Below are positions 56,945-64,000 of a stretch of DNA of 64,000 nucleotides, one piece after another. Origin of the DNA: a virus. Its lineage: Duplodnaviria > Caudoviricetes. The stretch lies in IMG/VR virus record IMGVR_UViG_3300008259_002957. One strand, 5' to 3'. The position numbers and the translations under genes are program-made. The notes under the pieces are model-generated. The model was not told the origin of the DNA. It saw nothing but the letters and a program-made list of their open reading frames with translations, and searched no databases. Each line of letters starts with the position of its first letter. Positions within the stretch are counted from its first letter, which is position 1.

Positions 56945-58024
56945 TTAGGCCGAAGCAGCACTAATATACTTGCCATAACGAGCGTGGAACTCGTCAAAGC
57001 AATCAATTGCTTCGGGATCAATCGGAAGATTATACTGAGTCAGTGCGAGTTTAATACCCATAACAACCAATTCAGTATCGAAGTTATCCATCGAGAACCG
57101 CATGAAGTTATTGACCATAAAGTCGAACTTCTTGTCGTTCTTGTCAGATGCTTCTTTAAGTTCGTAGCAGAGCGAGACAGTCAAGGAATACATGGCACTG
57201 ATTTCACGAGTCTTCATCTCTTTAACCTTACCAGCGAGGATTTCGGTTGGATCGGGCATAGAACTTGCAATCTTACGGTGAGCCATAAACTTGACAGCAA
57301 GACCTTCGCCAACTGCACCTGCAACCAGGTCAGTAGTAGTGCCATCGTCAAGGTTATCTTCGAGCAATTCGCTAACAAACGACCACGAACGTGGAGTAGC
57401 AAACGAACGGCTAGGAGACTTAGGATCAAAGTCGTAAAGGTCCTTCTTCGAGAAGTTAAGGAAACCTACAACGTCTTTGTTGATTTTGTTGTTAACTGCC
57501 CACTGGAACCAATCGTCGAAGTCGACTTTCATTTCAAGGTGGACAAAGCGGTTAGCAAGCGGAGCAGGCATACGATAAGTAACACCTTTATCTGCTTCAC
57601 GGTTACCAGCAGCAACAATCATAACGTTATCAGGCAGTCGATAAGTACCAACCTTACGGTTAAGAATAAGTTGGTATGCAGCAGCCTGCACAGCCGGAGC
57701 AGCACTGTTCATTTCGTCGAGGAAAAGAACAACGTTCTTATGCTTGGCTGCAAACTCTGCGTCGGGCAGTTCGCCTGGAGGAGCCCAAACCATTTTGCTG
57801 GTATTGGAATCAAAGTACGGAATACCCTTAATATCAGTGGGTTCCCAAAGGCTAAGACGAACGTCGATAACAGGAGCATTAAATTGCTCTGCAATCTGGT
57901 GAACAATGTCCGACTTACCAATACCCGGGGGACCCCAGAGGAAGATCGGACGCTTTTTAAGCATTGCATGACGAATGCTTGCTTTAGCCTTGTTCGGGCT
58001 AACAGTACGAGTAAGTTCTGACAT
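56945..58024 (-). CDS. MoxR-like AAA+ ATPase
   Basis: GPPGIGKS (Walker A), LFLDEMN (Walker B), AAGNR, LANRF. Confidence 0.92.
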   Translation of the reverse strand: MSELTRTVSPNKAKASIRHAMLKKRPIFLWGPPGIGKSDIVHQIAEQFNAPVIDVRLSLWEPTDIKGIPYFDSNTSKMVWAPPGELPDAEFAAKHKNVVLFLDEMNSAAPAVQAAAYQLILNRKVGTYRLPDNVMIVAAGNREADKGVTYRMPAPLANRFVHLEMKVDFDDWFQWAVNNKINKDVVGFLNFSKKDLYDFDPKSPSRSFATPRSWSFVSELLEDNLDDGTTTDLVAGAVGEGLAVKFMAHRKIASSMPDPTEILAGKVKEMKTREISAMYSLTVSLCYELKEASDKNDKKFDFMVNNFMRFSMDNFDTELVVMGIKLALTQYNLPIDPEAIDCFDEFHARYGKYISAASA

Positions 58025-58061
58025 GGAGTATTCCTTTCTGTGTTTCAGTGCCTATGTGTTA

Positions 58062-58090
58062 GTTATACAGCACGAAACACAGAAGGTCAA
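58062..58090 (-). promoter_or_regulatory. Sigma70-type early promoter
   Basis: TTGACC-17 nt-TATAAC, then ATAGGCACTGAA and AAGGA SD. Confidence 0.72.
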
Positions 58091-58638
58091 CTACTTTTTT
58101 CCCATATGTTGAGATTTTTCATCCAAATGTAATCAGGCTTGTATAATTTGGGTATAGCGTGTTTAAAGTATTCAAGTACATCAAGAGGTGTTTCGTCCAT
58201 TCTTGCAAAATGTTGAACAAATGACGGATGACGTTGATTGGTGAATCCAAAATACATATCCACATATTCCATTCTAACATAACAAGTGTTGTTGCAAATG
58301 TATTCATTATTAAAATTATATAACATTGACTGCAACGCAGTGTGTTCGTCATAATGGTGTCTTACGCGAAAATTTTCTAACCACTGTTTGGCATCAGCAA
58401 CAGTCCAGTTTTTTATAGGTGGGATATCGTCCCACTCAAAAGAATAAAACCAACTTACCCATCTTTCGTACGGATCTCTAACAATTTTTATAATTGTGTA
58501 ATCTTCAAAAGACTCTTTAGTAACTCTTCTTCTTTCCACCCATCCTACTGTTTTTAAAACACTTCTTACATGGTTGCTTCCGCATCTTGGCAGAACACAA
58601 CACACCATCTTTTTTTCGTTATTTACTAATACATCCAT
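58087..58638 (-). CDS. Sulfotransferase-family protein
   Basis: VLPRCGSN (5'-PSB-like) and IVRDPYERWVSWF (3'-PB-like). Confidence 0.6.
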   Translation of the reverse strand: MDVLVNNEKKMVCCVLPRCGSNHVRSVLKTVGWVERRRVTKESFEDYTIIKIVRDPYERWVSWFYSFEWDDIPPIKNWTVADAKQWLENFRVRHHYDEHTALQSMLYNFNNEYICNNTCYVRMEYVDMYFGFTNQRHPSFVQHFARMDETPLDVLEYFKHAIPKLYKPDYIWMKNLNIWEKSS

Positions 58639-58651
58639 TTGATAATTCGTT

Positions 58652-59032
58652 CTATAATGTTCTAGAACGTGTTAATGCTTTGTTTAATCCGTACTTGCGT
58701 ACATCGCCACTAAACAGTGCAAGTTCTACTGCTTTTTTTTCATTTGTTACAAGTATGCCATCTTTTGTTAAGTAATAAGGGCAATCAATAAATTTGTCTA
58801 AAAAAATAATTATTTGAGTTGTTAGTGGCATATCTTTTGGAAAAGGTATGTCATAAACTTTTAAATCAATTTTTTGTATAACTTCAAATCCGTCGTCTGT
58901 TAATCTTAAACCACTGTTGTCTTTTTGACGAGTGTTTTGCCACCACAGAGGTAAATGTTCAGTTATCGAATTATCAGAAGTACTTTTTCCAAGTTCTTGT
59001 AAAAATAACTTGGTGTAGACTTTTTTATTCAT
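58652..59032 (-). CDS. Hypothetical phage protein
   Basis: 126-aa ORF in operon orientation. Confidence 0.75.
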   Translation of the reverse strand: MNKKVYTKLFLQELGKSTSDNSITEHLPLWWQNTRQKDNSGLRLTDDGFEVIQKIDLKVYDIPFPKDMPLTTQIIIFLDKFIDCPYYLTKDGILVTNEKKAVELALFSGDVRKYGLNKALTRSRTL

Positions 59033-59315
59033 CTTCTACTTCTTCGCCTGTGGTTAATTTATAAACTGCAAAATCTGCGGTCTTAAACATCAAATTTAAC
59101 TTACTTGCTAAATTAAATGCATGTCCAGGATTAGAAAAACTTGTTTTTTTATATTTTGGACCAGGATAACTTGTTAGACTATTAGAGCTTTTGAGATTAA
59201 AAGGCTTGCCTTTATAAAAGACAGCCCATACTGCTTCAGCATCTAGAACTTGTTCACACTTGTAAGTTCTACTATTTGTATACTCTAAAAGAACATTCGG
59301 TTTAGGTCTGCTCAT
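59025..59315 (-). CDS. Hypothetical phage protein
   Basis: MSRPKP start with GGAG SD (track 59327); ATAAATA box at 59341-59347. Confidence 0.8.
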   Translation of the reverse strand: MSRPKPNVLLEYTNSRTYKCEQVLDAEAVWAVFYKGKPFNLKSSNSLTSYPGPKYKKTSFSNPGHAFNLASKLNLMFKTADFAVYKLTTGEEVEDE

Positions 59316-59350
59316 TGCGTACTCCAATTATATACGCATATATTTATGAC

Positions 59351-59596
59351 TTATGACCAGTTACCGCCAGCGTCCATTGATATTGTAATAGTTTCGTCGG
59401 AGGTTTTAGTGGAATATTCTTTTACAAATTTTTCCAGATCGCCGTTCATTCTACTCATAACAATACCCAAAGTAAATGCAAGGCTTTTTGCAACAGCAAT
59501 ATCTAATCGAACTTCTCTTGCATTGCTGGATTCTGCACCTTTAACCTGTTGTATAAATTGTGTTATAGGTGTTGTGTTAATTGGTTCTGTTGACAT
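59351..59596 (-). CDS. Hypothetical phage protein
   Basis: 81-aa ORF in operon orientation. Confidence 0.7.
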   Translation of the reverse strand: MSTEPINTTPITQFIQQVKGAESSNAREVRLDIAVAKSLAFTLGIVMSRMNGDLEKFVKEYSTKTSDETITISMDAGGNWS

Positions 59597-60059
59597 TGCT
59601 CAATGCAGCCTTCATTTCTAGTTCGGTCTTGAAAGGTCCGAGGTATTCGTTTCTTTCAATAGTAATCAGTTTTGGACAAAAACTTTTAAGCCAGTTAACA
59701 TTAAATTTGATCAAGTAATAGCCAGCACAATAAACGCTTTTTGACTTTTCACTTTTTGTAAAAAGAGGTAATCTATGCACAATGTCGTACATACTGTTGT
59801 ACGGTATACTGCGAGTAGGATATCCGTGTACACTAGTATCAGTTTTTGAATTTTCGTTTTGTGTAATTTTGGCAGTAAGAAAGTTTTTACCAAACTGTTT
59901 TTTTAATTGCTTCTCATCTTTGTAAAAACTAATCTCACCTTTGCGTGACAGGATAAAAGAATTTTCATCCTTTGTAAGTGTTCCTACACGCATACCTTGA
60001 TCTTCGACTATCCAAAATCTATTCTCAAGAACTTCTTTTGCTGTAATTTGTTGTTTCAC
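59577..60059 (-). CDS. Hypothetical phage protein
   Basis: 160-aa ORF, GTG start with AAGGA SD. Confidence 0.75.
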   Translation of the reverse strand: MKQQITAKEVLENRFWIVEDQGMRVGTLTKDENSFILSRKGEISFYKDEKQLKKQFGKNFLTAKITQNENSKTDTSVHGYPTRSIPYNSMYDIVHRLPLFTKSEKSKSVYCAGYYLIKFNVNWLKSFCPKLITIERNEYLGPFKTELEMKAALSNVNRTN

Positions 60060-60061
60060 TT

Positions 60062-61048
60062 TTATTCCTTGGTGTATCTAGCGTTTAATGGCTCTGCATA
60101 GAGTGTGGCCTGATCTGCAATTTTTTGCATGTTCCATTTAGCACAAAACTTCATAAGTTTCATACCGACTTGACCGATGTCCTTGGGTTCAACACTATGA
60201 ATACTAGTGTTTATAACTTCTCTAATATGTGTTGGCTGTGCCGATAGATCACAAAGTATAACGTTACGTTGATAGTCATCGATAACACGGTGTTCGACAC
60301 CGTTGTGATCTACCCAACGCTGCAACATAAGATTATTCCAAGCAAAGCCTTTGCTTTTTTTATCAGCAAATGCTTCGGTAAGGCCTACTTTGTTTTTTGT
60401 ACCTTTGACACGTACACCGGGATATGCGGAGAATACGTTGTCGCTGGTGTCGCCGCGCATACACTTTTCAAACAGCATCCATTCTGGGTCGGATGCAGTT
60501 TTAACAATGCCAGTCTTTTTATCTTTAATTGGCTTACCTTTGTCGTCAAAAAAGCCTTCGTGCGTGATAATCATATTTTGAACGCCATTGTACTGTTTCA
60601 CTTTAGGTGAAATCAACTGTGCAAAGTCGCCATCTGTACTAATAATCACGTGACTGTCATTGGGATGATTTTGGATCCATCCAGCAATAAGGTCGTCTGC
60701 TTCAAGCACAGGATTCTGAAGTACAGTACAGTTGGTTTTATTAGTAACAAAGTCTTTAAACTCGTCAAAGATTTCCCAAAACACTTTGTCTTCTTCTGCT
60801 TCTCTCGGACTCATAGCATTACGAGTTTCTTGACGATTACGCTTGTATGGCTGATAAAAGTCTTTGCGCCAACTACGACCTTCAAGACAAAAGACAACGT
60901 GGTCGGCTTTAAAGTCTGTCCACGCTTTCTTAATGCTGTTAAATGTAATGTGTAGAGCCATGCCTACTTTTGTATCGATGTCGCCACGAACAACGTGTCG
61001 GGCACGAAAAAAAGTGTTAGCAGTGTCTACAAGAATGTAAGTTGTCAT
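60062..61048 (-). CDS. rnh: T4-type RNase H / 5'-3' flap exonuclease
   Basis: ILVDTAN, EGRSWRK, LEADDLIA, ISTDGDF, GDTSDNV. Confidence 0.88.
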   Translation of the reverse strand: MTTYILVDTANTFFRARHVVRGDIDTKVGMALHITFNSIKKAWTDFKADHVVFCLEGRSWRKDFYQPYKRNRQETRNAMSPREAEEDKVFWEIFDEFKDFVTNKTNCTVLQNPVLEADDLIAGWIQNHPNDSHVIISTDGDFAQLISPKVKQYNGVQNMIITHEGFFDDKGKPIKDKKTGIVKTASDPEWMLFEKCMRGDTSDNVFSAYPGVRVKGTKNKVGLTEAFADKKSKGFAWNNLMLQRWVDHNGVEHRVIDDYQRNVILCDLSAQPTHIREVINTSIHSVEPKDIGQVGMKLMKFCAKWNMQKIADQATLYAEPLNARYTKE

Positions 61049-61497
61049 GATACTTCTGATTTGCCTTTTGCAATGGGTACTACATTAATATAGCCGGAAC
61101 CGCGCTGTGTGTCAAGTCCTTCTGCATTCAACATTTGAAAAACAATGTCTCTAAACCAACGATCTACAATTTCTTCTTCAGGATCTGCTTCTGTACCATA
61201 CCCATACAACATTAATTCTTTAATAAAGTATTCATTCCAGTCTAGTTCAAAAAACCCGTTGCGAATATTTTCTGGATTGATCTTGGTTTCAAGAACAGAA
61301 ACGTAAGGCTCTTCTTTGCGAGTTGCACGATCTTTAGGAGAAAGACGTGCTAATTCTGCTTCTTCTTCGGCTTTTATTCTTTCAACTGTAAGTCGTTGTA
61401 ATTCTTCTTCTTCTTTTATTCGTTTTGTTTCTGCTTCGATAGCAGCGGCTTCAATGGCTGCAACACCTGTTATTTTTTTGAGCCAATTTTTTACCAT
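61045..61497 (-). CDS. Hypothetical phage protein
   Basis: Likely start MVKNWL at 61497 (track 61548); coiled-coil N-half. Confidence 0.75.
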   Translation of the reverse strand: MVKNWLKKITGVAAIEAAAIEAETKRIKEEEELQRLTVERIKAEEEAELARLSPKDRATRKEEPYVSVLETKINPENIRNGFFELDWNEYFIKELMLYGYGTEADPEEEIVDRWFRDIVFQMLNAEGLDTQRGSGYINVVPIAKGKSEVS

Positions 61498-62588
61498 CCG
61501 ATTTTCTCCCAAGGTACATCTTTGTCTCCAAAGTGTCCATATACACAATTTTTGCTATACTCGTGAAAGTTAAACAAATCAAATCTATCAATAATGCCTT
61601 TTGGACTTAGATCGATTTCGTTGCGAATAAAGCGTTCAATACTACGATTATGACCATTGCTGTCAATAAGAATACTAGTTGGCTGTTTAACACCGATAGC
61701 ATAACTCAATTGAATGTTACACCAATCTGCCATTTCATCTGCTACTACGTTTTTAGCAAGCCAGCGAGCCATATATGCAGCACTGCGGTCTACTTTGGTA
61801 GGATCCTTGCCACTAAACGCACCACCACCGTGGGGAGCAAATCCACCGTAGGTATCAACAATAATCTTACGTCCAGTTACACCAGCATCGCCGTCTGGTC
61901 CACCGATAACAAAATTTCCAGTAGGATTGATGTGCCAAACAGTGCGTTCATCAATTAAATCTCCCAATACCTGTTTTACTGCATCACGAATTGGTGCCTT
62001 AACACTGTGATTAAACCCATCACGGTGCTGTTGACTAACAACAATTTGATCGATACGTTTAATGATACCTTCGCGCCTAGCACCATTATACTCAACACTT
62101 ACTTGTGATTTAGCATCGGGCAACAAGAAATTATAGCCATCTAGTCGCATTGCTTTTAGTTTTTTCAAAATTTCATGACTGTAATGAATAGGTGCTGGCA
62201 TCATGCTAGGTGTATGATTACAAGCATAACCAAACATAATGCCTTGATCACCGGCACCAAAATCGTCTGTGCCTAGAGCAATATCAGCACTTTGACTATG
62301 GATTTCATTGTAGATCTTTAGTCGATCCCAATGAAACCCATCTTGTTCATAGCCAATCTCTCGAACCTTATTGCGTACAATTTCGTTGACTTCGTCTTTG
62401 TTTAGATTAAAGTTCTTTACTTCGCCCGCCAACGTAACATGGTTGGTAGTTACAAGTGTTTCGACTGCAACACGAGTAGTAGTGTCACCTGCCTTTAACC
62501 CAGCATCAACGAGTGCGTCTGAGATTTGGTCTGCAACCTTATCCGGGTGTCCGTCGCTAACACTTTCGCTAGTAAAAATATAGTTCAT
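61491..62588 (-). CDS. metK: S-adenosylmethionine synthetase
   Basis: FTSESVSDGHPDKVADQISD, GAGDQG, PDAKSQV, GGPDGDAGVTGRKII, GGGAFSGKDPTKVDRS. Confidence 0.98.
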   Translation of the reverse strand: MNYIFTSESVSDGHPDKVADQISDALVDAGLKAGDTTTRVAVETLVTTNHVTLAGEVKNFNLNKDEVNEIVRNKVREIGYEQDGFHWDRLKIYNEIHSQSADIALGTDDFGAGDQGIMFGYACNHTPSMMPAPIHYSHEILKKLKAMRLDGYNFLLPDAKSQVSVEYNGARREGIIKRIDQIVVSQQHRDGFNHSVKAPIRDAVKQVLGDLIDERTVWHINPTGNFVIGGPDGDAGVTGRKIIVDTYGGFAPHGGGAFSGKDPTKVDRSAAYMARWLAKNVVADEMADWCNIQLSYAIGVKQPTSILIDSNGHNRSIERFIRNEIDLSPKGIIDRFDLFNFHEYSKNCVYGHFGDKDVPWEKIGW

Positions 62589-62654
62589 AAATCTTTCCTT
62601 AAATTATTAAATTGTTCTTCGGTATGTATGCCTTTTGTGTAAGGTACAACTTTA

Positions 62655-63527
62655 TCAAGTTCCCCAGGCATTTCCGAATAGGCTAATGTGGAGTCTTGGT
62701 GTAAACCGCCACCCTTTCGCCATAGCAAGCCGCGCAATCTCTTGAACGGTAAGGTTATAACCTTCTGTACGTCCGCCAACTGGCATAAGGTACACAGGGC
62801 ATTCCACCCCCTCAGCACGATACGCTTCAACTGCTCTACCGACTTCTTCAACATCCACGTGATCAGCCACGACAAACTTAAGATAAAGTTCAGTGCCAGT
62901 GATATCGTAGTACTGACGAGCAACGCTAGGCTTAATAGCATCAGTCCAAGACTCTCCACTAACGGATAACTTTGGACTGCAACTAAACGTTGTTTTAAAT
63001 CTTGCACGAGTTCCAAGGTATTCTCTAAACTCATCATGCAACCATTGTGTAGTATTTGTTTCAAATGTAACATTTTTTAGATCCGCCATCTTTGGGTGTT
63101 CAAATAGTTCGATGTATAGTCGTTGCCATGCCAGCAGTGGCTCGCCGCCTGTCATAATAAGATGAACGTCCTGACCGTTATCCATAGTCCACTTGCCTTC
63201 GGGCAGTAAACCTAGCAAATGTTCAACAACTTCATCCACAGTTTTATCCATTACAAGGTGTCTAAATTCAGGATAGATGCTTGCATATGTATCGCAACCA
63301 GTATGCACCAACGGCAGGTCAGTAAATGTTTTGGTAGTTTCGTGAACACCGTCTTCAATAAGTTTTTGTACTTCGATATTGTAACGTCCTTTAGGAGTAT
63401 CACGTGGCAATCCAAAATTCATGCAGCGAAAGTTACAACCAAAGGTACGTAGGAATACACTGGGTACTCCTACAAACTTGCCTTCGCCTTGTACACTGTA
63501 AAATGCTTCACTATAACGTAATTTCAT
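62655..63527 (-). CDS. queE: 7-carboxy-7-deazaguanine synthase-like radical SAM enzyme
   Basis: YSEAFYSVQGEG...VFLRTFGCNFRC...GCDT, TGGEPL, FETN, CSPKL, PRLH; adjacent to folE. Start TAATG-coupled at 63527. Confidence 0.8.
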   Translation of the reverse strand: MKLRYSEAFYSVQGEGKFVGVPSVFLRTFGCNFRCMNFGLPRDTPKGRYNIEVQKLIEDGVHETTKTFTDLPLVHTGCDTYASIYPEFRHLVMDKTVDEVVEHLLGLLPEGKWTMDNGQDVHLIMTGGEPLLAWQRLYIELFEHPKMADLKNVTFETNTTQWLHDEFREYLGTRARFKTTFSCSPKLSVSGESWTDAIKPSVARQYYDITGTELYLKFVVADHVDVEEVGRAVEAYRAEGVECPVYLMPVGGRTEGYNLTVQEIARLAMAKGWRFTPRLHISLFGNAWGT

Positions 63528-63805
63528 TATCGTAGTAACTCCAGGCTCACGCACTTGCTGACATATTCAACTACATCTTTATCTTTTTCAACAATGTAAA
63601 TACTTCTATCACTTCTATCAGTTTTACGATCGTACTTGTTAAATTCAAGTATTTTGCCGTTCTGTGCATTATAGATACGAAAGTTAAGAATTGGTTCGTC
63701 GTCGACCCTGTTTTCAACTGATACTGCTATAAGTCCCTTTTCGCCCCTAGCAGATTCCCAATCTTCTCTAACCCATTTAATAACTAATTTTTTCAAAAAA
63801 TTCAT
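63527..63805 (-). CDS. Small hypothetical protein
   Basis: 92 aa, coupled to folE (ATGA) and queE (TAATG). Confidence 0.75.
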   Translation of the reverse strand: MNFLKKLVIKWVREDWESARGEKGLIAVSVENRVDDEPILNFRIYNAQNGKILEFNKYDRKTDRSDRSIYIVEKDKDVVEYVSKCVSLELLR

Positions 63806-64000
63806 CTTGGTGCAAATCCCTGTTGTAGTTTAATGTTGTCGAAGAACTCTTTCTTAACACCGCTGTCTGATTTAAACACACCTTCGAGGACAGTTGTTTG
63901 TGTAAGACTGCTATGTGCCATAATGCCGCGATTTTCACAACATCCATGAGTTGCTTGTATATACACAGCAACGTCTTTTGATCCAGTTGCTTTGCTAATT
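63802..64000 (-). CDS. folE: GTP cyclohydrolase I, 3' end (partial)
   Basis: ISKATGSKDVAVYIQATHGCCENRGIMAHSSLTQTTVLEGVF...KEFF*, the FolE C-terminal HxC...RG signature. Confidence 0.88.
   Translation of the reverse strand, partial: ISKATGSKDVAVYIQATHGCCENRGIMAHSSLTQTTVLEGVFKSDSGVKKEFFDNIKLQQGFAPR

Noticed and set aside
56984-58021. 345-aa plus-strand ORF
   Set aside because: Exact antisense shadow of the codon-biased AAA ATPase; no motif, SD or promoter.
62585-63073. 162-aa minus-strand ORF
   Set aside because: Alternate frame overlapping queE; only the last 28 codons might be real.
667-63971. About 50 short (60-135 aa) track ORFs nested in or antisense to the main genes
   Set aside because: Shadows of longer motif-bearing genes, with no SD or coupling evidence.
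1-64000. Selenocysteine or stop-codon reassignment in the rSAM genes
   Set aside because: All Cys motifs are complete in the standard code, and the stops I checked coincide with next-gene starts.
1-64000. tRNA/rRNA genes, integrase, transposase, introns or inteins
   Set aside because: No such signatures, and no unexplained gaps large enough.

Overview
Densely coding, AT-rich fragment that reads as part of a large T4-like (myo)phage genome. Evidence: T4-type RNase H, MoxR-like AAA ATPase plus vWA/metallopeptidase, fibre-like proteins, sigma70 promoters and TAAATA late-type boxes; no tRNA, rRNA, CRISPR array or integrase was seen. About 1-50.7 kb is one large tailoring-enzyme island. It holds 20 complete radical-SAM genes (plus a probable 21st cut by the left edge) in five paralogous subfamilies, two of the genes B12-binding. 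It also has about 9 Fe(II)/2OG oxygenases, two PLP fold-I enzymes, an amidinotransferase, two SDRs, two GNAT-like and two kinase-like proteins, three methyltransferases, two glycosyltransferase-like proteins, a QueC-like and an Asn-synthetase-like PP-loop enzyme, and a coupled polyamine operon (ODC-like to homospermidine synthase, with an AMP-ligase). A repeat-rich fibre-like gene sits inside the island. 50.8-64 kb carries a subtilase, a second fibre-like gene, conserved phage genes, metK, queE and the 3' end of folE. Most transcription units in the island begin at a late-promoter-like NTAAATA box, often 4-5 nt before an SD-less ATG (predicted leaderless mRNA). My best inference is a late-expressed, SAM-fuelled hypermodification system, most likely building a decorated glycan/aminocyclitol or polyamine adduct on virion proteins or DNA. 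Its substrate cannot be determined from sequence. All protein family calls are by motif recognition only; no database search was run.
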